IMG/VR virus record: IMGVR_UViG_3300023174_000052
Coordinates: 96,001 to 160,000 of that record
Direction: 5' to 3' (one strand)
Source of the DNA: a virus
DNA length: 64,000 nt
The notes beneath the pieces were generated by a model that made no database searches, was not told the DNA's origin, and saw only the letters and a list, made by a program, of their open reading frames with translations. This document shows positions 1 to 10,392 of this stretch, one piece after another. Numbering within the stretch: position 1 is the stretch's first letter; each line of letters opens with the position of its first letter. A program made the position numbers and the translations under genes.

Positions 1-632
1 GTTGTCACTAAAGAGTCAGCCTGCGCGCCTGACTTCTTCTTGCGCTCCTGGATCGTCATGATTTCTTCTTCATCAGCACCCGTGAGGAACTTAAAACGAA
101 CGTTTTTCTTAGTTACAGGTAACTGGAATTCAAAAATATTCGCGCCGATTTCAACAGGCTGAATCTGTAGTTCCTTGATCGGAAGAGAAGACAGGTCGAA
201 CTCGTGCTTTGAACGGTCGCCACAAGAAGGACAATCGACTTCGGCTGTATACTCAGCACCGTAACCGGTGATTCGAAGCGCGATCATAATCGCGTTTCTA
301 TCTCCTGATAACATTTTTTGAACGTCTATACGCTTATCAATTACACAAGATTGTAATAAATTCGTGATAACAGTTCCTTTCTTGATGAGGGCACGAGAGG
401 TTAGAATATCTTCTTCCCTGGCTGTCATCGAGCGTATTTCAACTGTTTCTAGTCCATGCAACGGAGAATCAGACGGGTATACTAACCCATGTGTCGGGAG
501 TGGTATACTCTCAACGGGTATCTCAAACCCGAAATCATCTTTCATTACGTCTCGAGTCATTACACCGGCAGGGGCGCCACCCATTGGACCTTGTCCACCG
601 AAAACGCTATTCTTATCACCTCTATCTGCCAA
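1..632 (-). CDS. T4 gp26-like baseplate hub assembly protein (runs off the left edge; absent from the ORF track)
   Basis: Hand translation from TTG at 632 (SD AGGAGG just upstream): MADRGDK...FEIPVESIPLPTHGLVYP...VEIRSMTAREEDIL...GDRNAIMIALRITGYG...CPSCG...FQLPVTKKNVRFKFLT. The LP-x-x-G, EEDIL and CxxC pattern is typical of the gp26-like family. Open to position 1. Confidence 0.8.
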   Translation of the reverse strand, partial: MADRGDKNSVFGGQGPMGGAPAGVMTRDVMKDDFGFEIPVESIPLPTHGLVYPSDSPLHGLETVEIRSMTAREEDILTSRALIKKGTVITNLLQSCVIDKRIDVQKMLSGDRNAIMIALRITGYGAEYTAEVDCPSCGDRSKHEFDLSSLPIKELQIQPVEIGANIFEFQLPVTKKNVRFKFLTGADEEEIMTIQERKKKSGAQADSLVT

Positions 633-657
633 AAGAACCTCCTAATATATCAAATTA

Positions 658-686
658 ATGATACTATCAGGAGATAGCGTTGTAAA
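658..686 (-). promoter_or_regulatory. Putative sigma70-like promoter for the gp26-like gene
   Basis: Minus strand TTTACA (686-681), 17 nt spacer, TATCAT (663-658); lies between the tube-gene terminator and the SD of the next gene. Confidence 0.5.
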
Positions 687-705
687 TTATTCGTCGTAAT
701 TTTAT

Positions 706-735
706 AAAAGAAAAGGCCCGGATGCCCGGGCCTTT
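706..735 (-). terminator. Intrinsic terminator after the tail tube gene
   Basis: Perfect 10-bp stem AAAGGCCCGG/CCGGGCCTTT (712-721 and 726-735), 4-nt loop, followed on the minus strand by TCTTTT. Confidence 0.85.
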
Positions 736-761
736 GTTCTATCGCATCTAGTATGCAAACA

Positions 762-1250
762 TCAGAACTGAAGTATAGCGTTATCCATTTGAATCGTGAG
801 CGAGATTTCTGTCGCGTCTTCGGTGCCGTAATCGAGGTCGCCGAACTGTGCAGATGTAATCTGCGCGCCCTTGACGTCCCAGAGTTCTACGACGGTACCA
901 ACTGGGTCAAGCATCTTTAATTGGATATCACGCTTGTAAAAGTCAGCATAACCCGCGCGGCCTGAGACTGACTCGTAGTGCGCGCGGACCCATTCCATAA
1001 CCTGCTGCGCTCCAGACGGAGCGATGGGATCATAGAGCGTGATCGCCATGGTCGAGAAAGTTGCCTTACCCGCGACGTAGCGTTTCGTATTGATCCAGTG
1101 CATTTCTGTTACACCGATATCAACTTGGGGACGAGCAGTTCCCTTAACGAGGAACGAATCGATGCCGTCTATAGCGAGGACCCACCTAAATTTGCGCTTC
1201 GGTTCGAAGCGGTTCGGTAGCATTTCGCCGACTGAGAGTGTTTCTGCCAT
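762..1250 (-). CDS. Tail tube protein (T4 gp19-like)
   Basis: 162 aa; FEPKRKFRW, RP, ITLYDP, VMEW, YKRDIQLKMLDPVG.VVE.W...GA....FGDLDY motifs; directly follows the sheath genes. Confidence 0.92.
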   Translation of the reverse strand: MAETLSVGEMLPNRFEPKRKFRWVLAIDGIDSFLVKGTARPQVDIGVTEMHWINTKRYVAGKATFSTMAITLYDPIAPSGAQQVMEWVRAHYESVSGRAGYADFYKRDIQLKMLDPVGTVVELWDVKGAQITSAQFGDLDYGTEDATEISLTIQMDNAILQF

Positions 1251-1292
1251 TTTAGTATTCTCCTAATTTCTATATATTCTCTCGGTCGCCTT

Positions 1293-4199
1293 TTATATTG
1301 TGGCGCCCGCATTTGTGACGACGAAGTCTAACGAGACGAACTCGATCGACTTGGTGGGTTGGACGAAGATCTTACCTCTGATGGTGTTATTTTCGACGTC
1401 GGCCTGTGTGGTCGTTGTCGTGTCTATCTTAACCAGGTAACGGTCAACACCAGACTGTGCCTGAATCTGTTTAAGGATTGGATCGACTAAATTAGAGAAT
1501 CGAGCTAATGTCTCTTCGCGATTGGGCTCGAATAGAATCTGGTTAGATGCTACTCTGACACGGCGGCGAATTTCGATGAGTAGACGACGTACGTTAACTC
1601 TATCAAGAGCTGACGTTCTATTCAACAACGTCTTTTGACCGTTGATGATTGGAGAAGGTGATCCTGGAATCGTCGCGATTGGATTGATGTTCGCAGAATA
1701 TAGAGTGTCCATGTTGTCTCTATTTAATTTTGTCTGTGTCTCGGTGACGTCGCCCAGAGCACCACGAGTAAAGCCCGCGGGAGCGAACCAAGGATACGCA
1801 ACTCTATCGTTGAGAGAGAAAGCTCCAAGGGCAGCAACTGACGGTGGAGCAACGACTTCCATTCCTGTCGTTGGGTCTGCGATAACGACGTCAGGGTAAT
1901 ATGCTGCGCCAAACGAGCTATCTAGCTGTCTATCCTTAAACGAAGAAGCTGTAAATGTTACTGATGGCGTTTCACTTGAGCCGGTTATAACTAGTCCGTT
2001 AGTATTACGTTCTTCGATATCCATGATATATAACGCGTCGAATCGATTTTCGACAGCATCAAGAGCGTAGTCAGTAACTCCAGGTTCTCTCATACCAGGA
2101 ATTGTGATGAGTTGGACGTCGACATCGGAGCGTTCTGCGATAACGTCGACTGCCTTTCTATAAGAAGCGACTGTCGCACCAAAAGCGCCACCCTGTGTAG
2201 CCGAATTAACCATCTCGCGAAGAGCAGCAAGGTTGTTCATTTTCGATTTATTGGAGTCAAGGGAATTGACACCGTCGAAACCACCTTGTAAGTTAAACGT
2301 AAATTTAATATATTTCCTACTGCCTAGATCTGCGAGATCGGACGTTTGTAGGAATCTATTAAATGATGCGCCTAAAACTCCATCGCGACTATACGTAGCG
2401 ACAGCCCATTGATTTGGATCGGGTAAACCAGTGATCGAAGCCGTTTTGACCTGTATCTGATCAATTGAGAATAAGTTATTCGCGAATTTGTCTGCTTCTA
2501 CGGAGTCTCCTATCCAGGGGTTCGGGAAATCTGTATGATATTTTGCGAAGTATTTAGAGTAAGAAGCTACGTTGCTATTCGCCCAATTATTTTTGTTTTG
2601 TTCTAAAACACTATCGATTGCTTCATATTGAACGCCCCAGTGCAAGTAAGGGGTAACTCTAATCGATGTTCCGGTTCCTTGCGATATTGTTTTACGGAAG
2701 GGAAGAGGCAATTGTTTAACGTTATCTAAGCTAGCGATACCCGCTCTGTGAAGCATTCCTTTGGTATTCAAGTGATAGTATCCTCTGAACCCGAACGGTA
2801 ACGACGTCGCAGGAACTTCTGCGTTCTCTACTGACGGAGCGACTTCTATTCTTATGTAGTTGGAATTGTTAGGATACAATCCGTCGACGACCAACTTCTG
2901 GCTGCCCGCTTCGCGATCGAAATCGTAATAAACGTGTGTATCGCCAATCACTCTTGCGATGTACTTAGGAGACGAAGGATCCAAGCTTAAACCTATAAAA
3001 GTCTCGAGAACAACTTGGTTGTCATCACTATCTCTAAAGTCTCTTACATATAAATCGAATGTTCCATAATCCGACGTGGGATCTGACGAGGGGGTTAATC
3101 CGCGTATAGAAATCTTAACTCTTTCATTTGGCCATGCGCCGTCATCAAGAGCGTGGACCTTGAATAGATTTTCTCTTTCGCCACCGAACTTTTGTGAAAC
3201 GATCCAAGGAGAAACAGCAGTTGTGAATCTATCTTCGAATCCTTCAAAGTTTGGAATAGAAGTCGAACCGCTATTGTGTCCTAACGCACCTGTTAAAATA
3301 AACGCAACGTTATTCTTGTGGTTAGGTGCTAACGTTTCAGCAACATTTGTACCTGTCACAATAGCAAATGAAGGATAGACATCCCAAGAAGCAGCCAAAC
3401 AGTGTCCTGCGATTTCGGTCTTCGTTAGATCTGTATTGAAGATATTTCCGAAGTAATTTGGAGCGACAGGATCGAATGACGCTGTGATCGTGTTCGGATA
3501 AGATACTGTTGAAATGTGTCCTGACAAGAACATTACAAACTCTTGCTTCGCATTCGAGAGATCGACAGTACCACTTAACAAGCCGTGCATACTACTGGGC
3601 GCGGCGTTTATTGGGAGATCGTTATCTGCGAAAATACTAGATGACAAAGATAGAAGCACACCACTTGGAGTTAAAATAACTCCTCGAAGAACGGGAACAG
3701 CTCCAGCGCCAGTCTGTAATCCTGATTCGCTAAGTAACGTCGAGCCGTTTGATTCGGACATGAAGCAACCTAAAAAGTGCGTGCGTCCGCTTTTGCTTCC
3801 TGCGTTATTGTATGCGTATGGATTCGAATCTAAATCGCCCGAAGTTTGAACCTGTTCGCTACCGACGACGAATCCTGCGTTAGTGACTTTGCCTTTATTG
3901 ACGCCATCTGATACTCTCTTTTTGGCATCTCCAGCGCCCAGGATTCGAATGTATAGACCAGAACCTGCGTTCTTAAGCCATTGATACATCGCGATAGGTC
4001 CCATACGCTCGCCGTTCGAATTACCAAATTTCGTCGTGAATTCTCTATAATTTGCCGCGACGGTTGGAACGTAAGCGGGGCCTCGCTCTGAGGTACCAAT
4101 AACGCCAGCGGGTGTTCCTGTTGGAGAAACGCGGGATGGAGAGGAGAGGTCAATCTCTCTCACACCGACCCCAGCGCTCTTATAAGTCAGCTCTGCCAT
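1293..4199 (-). CDS. Tail sheath protein, downstream copy (gp18-like)
   Basis: 968 aa; N-terminal SAGVGVREIDLS/GTSERGPAYVP; C-terminal PWFAPAGFTRG, LYSANINPI, GQKTL, LDRVNVRRLL, FEPN, PTKSIEFVSLDFVVT sheath signature. Confidence 0.95.
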   Translation of the reverse strand: MAELTYKSAGVGVREIDLSSPSRVSPTGTPAGVIGTSERGPAYVPTVAANYREFTTKFGNSNGERMGPIAMYQWLKNAGSGLYIRILGAGDAKKRVSDGVNKGKVTNAGFVVGSEQVQTSGDLDSNPYAYNNAGSKSGRTHFLGCFMSESNGSTLLSESGLQTGAGAVPVLRGVILTPSGVLLSLSSSIFADNDLPINAAPSSMHGLLSGTVDLSNAKQEFVMFLSGHISTVSYPNTITASFDPVAPNYFGNIFNTDLTKTEIAGHCLAASWDVYPSFAIVTGTNVAETLAPNHKNNVAFILTGALGHNSGSTSIPNFEGFEDRFTTAVSPWIVSQKFGGERENLFKVHALDDGAWPNERVKISIRGLTPSSDPTSDYGTFDLYVRDFRDSDDNQVVLETFIGLSLDPSSPKYIARVIGDTHVYYDFDREAGSQKLVVDGLYPNNSNYIRIEVAPSVENAEVPATSLPFGFRGYYHLNTKGMLHRAGIASLDNVKQLPLPFRKTISQGTGTSIRVTPYLHWGVQYEAIDSVLEQNKNNWANSNVASYSKYFAKYHTDFPNPWIGDSVEADKFANNLFSIDQIQVKTASITGLPDPNQWAVATYSRDGVLGASFNRFLQTSDLADLGSRKYIKFTFNLQGGFDGVNSLDSNKSKMNNLAALREMVNSATQGGAFGATVASYRKAVDVIAERSDVDVQLITIPGMREPGVTDYALDAVENRFDALYIMDIEERNTNGLVITGSSETPSVTFTASSFKDRQLDSSFGAAYYPDVVIADPTTGMEVVAPPSVAALGAFSLNDRVAYPWFAPAGFTRGALGDVTETQTKLNRDNMDTLYSANINPIATIPGSPSPIINGQKTLLNRTSALDRVNVRRLLIEIRRRVRVASNQILFEPNREETLARFSNLVDPILKQIQAQSGVDRYLVKIDTTTTTQADVENNTIRGKIFVQPTKSIEFVSLDFVVTNAGATI

Positions 4200-4221
4200 A
4201 CCAAATCTCCTATCATTACTT

Positions 4222-4229
4222 TATGTATC
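4222..4229 (-). promoter_or_regulatory. Candidate phage late promoter GATACATA
   Basis: Matches the recurrent GATANWTA motif; overlaps the TGA stop of the upstream sheath; SD AGGAG lies just downstream. Confidence 0.55.
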
Positions 4230-7221
4230 ATTGAAACGAAACGCCCGAGTTCGTAATTACGAAATCTATCGCAATAAATTCAATTGTTCTCGTAGGAACA
4301 ATGACAATGCGACCGTTAACTCGGTTTGCGTCTATATCTGCCTGACTGTTATTCGAAGAATCCATTACGACTTGGAAACGCTCGATACCTGCCTGCGCCT
4401 GAATAACTCCTAATTTAGGAGTAACTGCGTTAACGAAACGCTGACGCGTGGTAGGAGTATTTTGTTCGAAGAGAATCTTGTTCGCTTCTTCTGCGACCGT
4501 TTTCTTCACTTCGACCATTAGACGTCGAACGTTTAGACGATCAAGTGAAGATTTCGAAAGTTGTAGTGTCTTCTGTCCGAAAATAACGAAACCACCTGAT
4601 GGGAACGATGCGATCGGATTGATGCGTGCGTCGTAGAGTGTATCGCGGTCGGCGGCGTTAAGACGAACCGTAACGTTCTTAACGAAGTCAAGAGCACCAC
4701 GATTGAAACCTGCAGGTGCGAACCAAGGATAAGCAACACGATCATTATACGCGATAGCGCCGAGAATCGCTACTGAAGCAGGAACTTTAATTCTTCTTGG
4801 CGAGCCCGAAGTTTCAATGAATACATCTGGGTAGTATACAGATGTGTAGTTGTTATCTATGTTTAATGCTGCGAATGTTTCTGACGTATAACGAACGCTT
4901 GGTTTCGTGGTCGAATCATCCCATAGTCTAGAACCCGTATCATCGTACGATGCGATGTCTCTTATGTGGACCATGAGAGCATTCGATCGAACTCTATCAG
5001 CTAAATGATCCTGGACGAGTGGGTCTCTAATACCTGGTATCGAAACGATATTCGCGTTTGAACTAAACTCGTCAGTTAATATGTCTGCAGCAACTCTATA
5101 AGAACTGATGATGTTATTGTCGACGCCCGCTCCTGCAACGTTCACATTTAATCCGGCCTCGATATCTCCCCTAGCCTTTCCACCCAGTTCCACAGACGAC
5201 GCTTTGTCGTTCATCTTTCCGTTGTCTCTATCGAGTATATTAAGCCCATCGAATCCACCATAGAAATTATTTGTAAACTTCGCGTATGGTGTGAATCTAT
5301 TGAAGACTACAGAAGAACTATTAATTAGCGTTGCTAACGTTACACGAGATTGTGTTCCGAATGTTACACGATAGTCTGAACCATCTGGTATTCCATCTCT
5401 AACGTAAGCAGCACCTCTCATTAACACATCAGCAGAACCAGTCACGTTTGCGAACGTCGTCGACTCTAAAGCAACTCTAGCTAACGTAAATTTATTCGCA
5501 TTTAAAACGTCTGACGCTGAACCTGATACTAGCGTATCTTTCTTTGCTATACCTAAAAACTTAGATAAATTACGTATTAATTTATTTTCAACGACGCTAT
5601 TATTTGGATCGAGTACAGAATCAAGAGGAACTGATTGAAACATCACGCCCCAATATAATCTCGAATCGACTCTCTCATTAGGACCAGGTGTTCCTATATT
5701 ATCGGCGTTGGTTGTCATAGTTCCTCTCGTAACCTTAAATCTAAACGGTGTAGGAGGAATCAAAGAGTTTAATAAATTTGCGTATGTTACTTCGGCGTGT
5801 AAACGACTTTCACCTGTAAATAACTGACCATCGAATGTTAGACTATTCGAATTATCGCTTAGAGAATCTACTGTCTTAAGGGTAGGTAGACCTCTAAATC
5901 CGAACGGTAACGCCGCGGCGGGAACGTCTCCACTGTCGACCCTATCATTCATTATAACTCGAATCAACCTACTGCGATTCGCAAACTTGCCCGATATTAA
6001 TAGACGTCGTTCAGAATCTACATCGGTGTCGAAATTATAAGAAACTTTCTTATCACCTATCTTTTTCGCGATGTAATTATCTGCTTTAGGATTTAAACTA
6101 AGTTTCGGATAGTATTCGACTATTTGTGGAGAGAGATCGTCATCTTCGAACTTGCGGACAACGACATCGAAACTACCATATGGATTCGATTTATCAGTAG
6201 AGGCCACGATATTCTGAATCGAGACCTTGTAGAGATCGTTCGCAATCGCACCGTCTGATATAGACTCAAAATGAAATAAATCATATTCAAATTTACCGAA
6301 TGGTTGCGATATAAACGCGGTCGTTCTAGGCGCTTGATATCTTGTATCAAAACGACCAAAGTCGTTTAGCCAATTTGTCGATCCTGTTAGCGCAGCTACG
6401 CTTCTTGTCGTAGTATCGATTTTTGCAATTTCTACGTCGACAGGAAAATCTGCATATAAGAGATGTTTCTTTTCTGCGAATAGATCGGGGTCGGTATTTA
6501 AAACCTTTGTAATATAGTTATCGTCTTTTGGATCCAGAGAAGCAGTTAAAATTCTCATAACTCCGCCATTCGACGAAGATATGACGATCTTAAATTTATT
6601 TTTCATCTCGCCGGTCGGACCAGGTCTTGCTTCGTGATGATTTCCATAAGCATATGAACCGCTGTAGTCGAGTAATTGTATTCTCGTGTCTTCAGCAGTG
6701 AATATCATTCCGCGAACGAGGTTTGCAGTGTGTGATGTATACGATGGATTATCTATAAACATAGGTGAGGAGTAATCAGCTTGACCATTAACTATATGTT
6801 TTGCAGATAGAAAAACGACTGAACCTTCTGAGGCACTATAAATTGCAGGAACGCCAGGCTTGTAATAATTCGTATCTGACTTGATTACAAATCCTGCATT
6901 TTTTACTGTGCCTTCGTTTAATGTCTCGTCTATATCATCGGCGGTCTTATTCGCGCCTGCTCCAAGTGTTCTTACGAATGTAAAAGCGCTTCGGTGTTTG
7001 AGCCATTCGTTAGCAGCGTATGTCGCAGGCATTTCGTGGTTTAAACCACCGAATCTAGATTGAAAGTCTTCGAAATTTCCGACTGTCACGGGAACGAAAG
7101 CCGGTCCAAGTTTTGATGTACCAGCTACGCCGATTGGCGTGCCGACCGGTCCCGTCGCGCCGGCGATGAGTTCTATCTCCTGCTCAAAAAATCCAGGAGA
7201 TCGAAAAGTTTGTTCAGCCAT
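4228..7221 (-). CDS. Tail sheath protein, upstream copy (gp18-like)
   Basis: 997 aa; SPGFFEQEI/GPAFVP N-terminus; PWFAPAGFNRG, LYDARINPI, FGQKTL, LDRLNVRRL, PTRTIEFIAIDFVIT. Confidence 0.95.
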   Translation of the reverse strand: MAEQTFRSPGFFEQEIELIAGATGPVGTPIGVAGTSKLGPAFVPVTVGNFEDFQSRFGGLNHEMPATYAANEWLKHRSAFTFVRTLGAGANKTADDIDETLNEGTVKNAGFVIKSDTNYYKPGVPAIYSASEGSVVFLSAKHIVNGQADYSSPMFIDNPSYTSHTANLVRGMIFTAEDTRIQLLDYSGSYAYGNHHEARPGPTGEMKNKFKIVISSSNGGVMRILTASLDPKDDNYITKVLNTDPDLFAEKKHLLYADFPVDVEIAKIDTTTRSVAALTGSTNWLNDFGRFDTRYQAPRTTAFISQPFGKFEYDLFHFESISDGAIANDLYKVSIQNIVASTDKSNPYGSFDVVVRKFEDDDLSPQIVEYYPKLSLNPKADNYIAKKIGDKKVSYNFDTDVDSERRLLISGKFANRSRLIRVIMNDRVDSGDVPAAALPFGFRGLPTLKTVDSLSDNSNSLTFDGQLFTGESRLHAEVTYANLLNSLIPPTPFRFKVTRGTMTTNADNIGTPGPNERVDSRLYWGVMFQSVPLDSVLDPNNSVVENKLIRNLSKFLGIAKKDTLVSGSASDVLNANKFTLARVALESTTFANVTGSADVLMRGAAYVRDGIPDGSDYRVTFGTQSRVTLATLINSSSVVFNRFTPYAKFTNNFYGGFDGLNILDRDNGKMNDKASSVELGGKARGDIEAGLNVNVAGAGVDNNIISSYRVAADILTDEFSSNANIVSIPGIRDPLVQDHLADRVRSNALMVHIRDIASYDDTGSRLWDDSTTKPSVRYTSETFAALNIDNNYTSVYYPDVFIETSGSPRRIKVPASVAILGAIAYNDRVAYPWFAPAGFNRGALDFVKNVTVRLNAADRDTLYDARINPIASFPSGGFVIFGQKTLQLSKSSLDRLNVRRLMVEVKKTVAEEANKILFEQNTPTTRQRFVNAVTPKLGVIQAQAGIERFQVVMDSSNNSQADIDANRVNGRIVIVPTRTIEFIAIDFVITNSGVSFQ

Positions 7222-7253
7222 TATAAGCTCCCTACACGTGTCTGTGCTCTATA

Positions 7254-7261
7254 TAACTATC
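7254..7261 (-). promoter_or_regulatory. Candidate phage late promoter GATAGTTA
   Basis: GATANWTA match in the intergenic gap upstream of the 997-aa sheath. Confidence 0.5.
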
Positions 7262-7280
7262 TGTCTCCGATTCGAAATCT

Positions 7281-8516
7281 TTATTTACGACGATCTAATA
7301 TATTGATTATATAAACTTCCTCTCCTCGCCTGGGATTCGAATCTATAACTTGAACTACTATATTTTCTTCTTTACCAGTTATCGGGTCGAATTCTAATTC
7401 GACTTTTCTTTTATTGGATCTTTTATTAACGTAACTTCCAACCGACGTTGTTGCTTTTGATGGAACATCACCCGACATAATTTTTTCAGCTTCACTCTCT
7501 GCGACTTTCACATTACTTGAACCTATAAAATCGCGCGGATCATTATCTTCGATCGTTTCAACATCCGCGAGTACATATCTGTCGATATTTCCACTTGATA
7601 ATACAGACGAAGAAATTTCTTCTTCTATTTTATTCGTCACAGCAACTTCGAAAGAAATTTCAGGCGCCGATAAATATTTTTTAGTTCCATTTGGTATGCC
7701 TGGCGCTTTCGGGAGTATTAAATAAGCGGGTACTTCTACTGTCAATGTAGCTTTTATAATTCTCTCGGAATCTGAATAATCTCCGAAGTTATTATCTTGA
7801 TTTACAGAAGATTCAAAATATGCAACGAACCAATAACCTTTTTTTGTGTCTATTCTAATCGTCCTATTGCCTGGTTGCGGGTATGCTCCTGCTATCGTTT
7901 CGATGATAGTGTTTAATTGTTGGACATATTGACACCAAATAGATATTTCGTATTTTGCAGTAAAATATTTTGGTGTAGGAATAACTGTAAATTCGTAAAG
8001 ATTTCTATCTAACTTCGGTCCAAGCATCCTGCCACTAGATCTCAGCCAATCATAATTAGAGGAACGACCAGCGTAACTAGAATTTTTTAGATTAGAAGAA
8101 TTTATCAAATCTTGGTACGAAGCGTCATCTGGCGAAATCCTTTTACGTATTATCGTTTCGGGTAATTTATCTGATGTTCCACCTTGTTTCGTAGAATCGA
8201 ATTCTAAACCGTTCCTCGTTATCGAAATCATGGGTAGAATAAGCGCGCCGTTTTTATCTCTAAGTGGTGTCGTTTTCGAAAGTACGGCGAATCTTTCTCC
8301 CGATGCGAACATAACAGGTACTCTACGTTGTTCACCTGTATCTTTCGAAACCTTATAAAATAACGGGAGCGTTTCTGAGAATAGACTAAACAATGCTCGG
8401 TCGACGTCTTCTACACCACAAGACGCTATCGTATCGCTAGAATCGGGCGACGTAATTTCGTAGCCGCTCGGAATGACACCAGAGGTACCTATAGCCTTTG
8501 AATAACGCGTAGCCAT
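7281..8516 (-). CDS. Tail terminator / sheath stabilizer (T4 gp15-like)
   Basis: 411 aa; RVPVMFASGERF, LPMISITR, YEISIWCQYVQQLNTIIETI resemble gp15 motifs; sits between neck and sheath genes. Confidence 0.7.
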   Translation of the reverse strand: MATRYSKAIGTSGVIPSGYEITSPDSSDTIASCGVEDVDRALFSLFSETLPLFYKVSKDTGEQRRVPVMFASGERFAVLSKTTPLRDKNGALILPMISITRNGLEFDSTKQGGTSDKLPETIIRKRISPDDASYQDLINSSNLKNSSYAGRSSNYDWLRSSGRMLGPKLDRNLYEFTVIPTPKYFTAKYEISIWCQYVQQLNTIIETIAGAYPQPGNRTIRIDTKKGYWFVAYFESSVNQDNNFGDYSDSERIIKATLTVEVPAYLILPKAPGIPNGTKKYLSAPEISFEVAVTNKIEEEISSSVLSSGNIDRYVLADVETIEDNDPRDFIGSSNVKVAESEAEKIMSGDVPSKATTSVGSYVNKRSNKRKVELEFDPITGKEENIVVQVIDSNPRRGEEVYIINILDRRK

Positions 8517-8520
8517 TTAC

Positions 8521-9174
8521 TTACTCGTCTCCATAAAATGATGAGCTTCTGCCATCCTCTGCGACTTTTCTAGGGCCCGTGAGAGGTGAATCGATCGTTC
8601 CATTTTCGACAAGTTGCCGCTTATCGTTCGTTTCGCCTTGTTCGTTCTGTTGTACCCCCCGTTGTTGAACGAAGATTTTTTGTACTGCATCAGAATCTGT
8701 GAAATGTTCGCCTGTAGGTCCTTTGGGACGTTTCGATATGATTCCTTCTCGTGCGTACCTTCCTTCGAGTCTATATCCAGTCGTGTGTTCCACCTGCCCA
8801 AATATTTTAGAAATCTTAACGGCCTGAACTATTTCATAAAAAGCCGGGCCGTACGAGAAAAAGTCTCCTGCTCTTACCGTCACGCCCTTATCTAATAAAT
8901 CCCTATAGTGCACCGAAACCTTGACATTGTTCTTCGCGTCGACGCCAAAGTTTGTAGACGTCTGTTCGTATTCGCTCCATTCTACCAAACATTCTAGTTC
9001 AAGTGGAGGATCGAATACTTTTTCGGTCGCCTCTTGATATAAGTCATTGACATTCGACATGTCGGCCCTGGCTCGATAATAAAATACTTTTTGACCAGCG
9101 ACGTCTTTAATCACTTCTTTCGTGAGATCGCTAATCAAATCTAGTTCTCTCGGAGTTATAAATAAACGAGCCAT
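8521..9174 (-). CDS. Neck / head-closure protein (T4 gp14-like)
   Basis: 217 aa; GQKVFYY...LYQEA.EKVF, FGVD, GDFF.YG..FYEI; synteny after the gp13-like gene. Confidence 0.7.
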   Translation of the reverse strand: MARLFITPRELDLISDLTKEVIKDVAGQKVFYYRARADMSNVNDLYQEATEKVFDPPLELECLVEWSEYEQTSTNFGVDAKNNVKVSVHYRDLLDKGVTVRAGDFFSYGPAFYEIVQAVKISKIFGQVEHTTGYRLEGRYAREGIISKRPKGPTGEHFTDSDAVQKIFVQQRGVQQNEQGETNDKRQLVENGTIDSPLTGPRKVAEDGRSSSFYGDE

Positions 9175-9183
9175 GTTTTACTC

Positions 9184-10362
9184 CTAACCGACGATTATAG
9201 CTTTTCCGACAGGTATTGGTATCGCTCTAAGCACTTTTTGCAGATTATCGACCTGTTGTGCCTGTCTCTCCATAAGTTTATCGTATGTTAATGTATCCAG
9301 CATTTCTTTTAGTTGAGTTATTAATTTATCTTTTTCGTCTTTTGCTGAACTAATTAAATCGCCACCGTTCAAAGTCAATTCGCCACCGGGAATCGGTACT
9401 GTAGAAAATTTCGATCGAATGAGCCCAAGTAATTCCTTACATAACGCGAAGGCGTATTCTCTAACCCATTGTCTTCCAATCGAATTAACGTGATCATAAG
9501 AAAGATTTCCAAAAGGAACATTCGATAGATTCGAAACACCATTTATCGAAGAATCATTAAATGAGGGATTAAATGGATCCATTTGGAAACCAACACGCAT
9601 AAAAAGATTGTTGAACGCTACGTTCGTATCTACTTGCGGCACTGGAAATATTCTGATTTTCGTTCCATAAATCGACCAGCTATAATTCGAGCGTCGAACA
9701 TTATTCGACATTTTCATTTGACCTCCGCGGAGGACATCTTCGAAAACGGGAAGAACATAGAATACTGTTTCGGGAGTGAATGACTCGAATGAAAATTCGT
9801 TGTTCAAATAGTTGATCGCAGAAGTCGTGTCGAAGAAACGATACGCAGCCTGTGGACTGAGATGGAACACTTCGAATATTCTTAGTTTACCACGATTCGG
9901 ATTTAAAGATGAGCTTATGACAAGATTGCCACTTCCATCTTTTAAATCAGTGTATATGTCGTAATCTTGTTTCCCGGCTTTTAATTGTATCGAACCCGAC
10001 ATCGTATTGTAAGAACCACCTAGGCCTGCATACGCAGAATAAGGTTCAGCAAGACGTAAGGCATACTCTAGAGTCTCGCGAGGTAGTTTTTGTTCACGAC
10101 CAGCTAAACTTCCTGTTTCGGATCCCAATAAATTTAATAATTGACTTCTCGCTTGATATTGATTTAAGATCGAACCGTATTCCAGAAACGCCTCTTCGAA
10201 ACAAGCCCAAATCTGTTTCTTAGTTAATTCGACAGAAAGAACATCGTCGCCGAGCTTTCTTTTGACGAATGTAATCATCGAATCAGCCTCGGATTGAAAT
10301 GCTGTATCCGTGTCGAAGAAACCAAAAGGTGTTGGATTAAGCGTTGTTAAAAATGTCGACAT
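9184..10362 (-). CDS. Neck / head-tail adaptor (T4 gp13-like)
   Basis: VKRKLG..VLSVELT..QI..C.EEA N-terminal motif; WVREYA.ALCKE.LG.IRSKF..VPIPGG..TLNG C-terminal motif. Start moved to ATG 10362 (SD GGGAG at 10376-10372). Confidence 0.8.
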   Translation of the reverse strand: MSTFLTTLNPTPFGFFDTDTAFQSEADSMITFVKRKLGDDVLSVELTKKQIWACFEEAFLEYGSILNQYQARSQLLNLLGSETGSLAGREQKLPRETLEYALRLAEPYSAYAGLGGSYNTMSGSIQLKAGKQDYDIYTDLKDGSGNLVISSSLNPNRGKLRIFEVFHLSPQAAYRFFDTTSAINYLNNEFSFESFTPETVFYVLPVFEDVLRGGQMKMSNNVRRSNYSWSIYGTKIRIFPVPQVDTNVAFNNLFMRVGFQMDPFNPSFNDSSINGVSNLSNVPFGNLSYDHVNSIGRQWVREYAFALCKELLGLIRSKFSTVPIPGGELTLNGGDLISSAKDEKDKLITQLKEMLDTLTYDKLMERQAQQVDNLQKVLRAIPIPVGKAIIVG

Positions 10363-10383
10363 TATGAGAAACTCCCATAACAC

Positions 10384-10391
10384 TATGTATC
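10384..10391 (-). promoter_or_regulatory. Candidate phage late promoter GATACATA
   Basis: Exact copy of the motif at 4222 and 18022, placed immediately after a terminator. Confidence 0.55.
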
Positions 10392-10392
10392 A

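Noticed and set aside
762-7221. Extracellular contractile injection system or tailocin (multiple sheaths)
   Set aside because: A complete head and DNA-packaging module is present, so this is a phage.
8517-8801. 94-aa minus-strand ORF
   Set aside because: Lies almost entirely within the gp14-like gene in another frame; no independent evidence.
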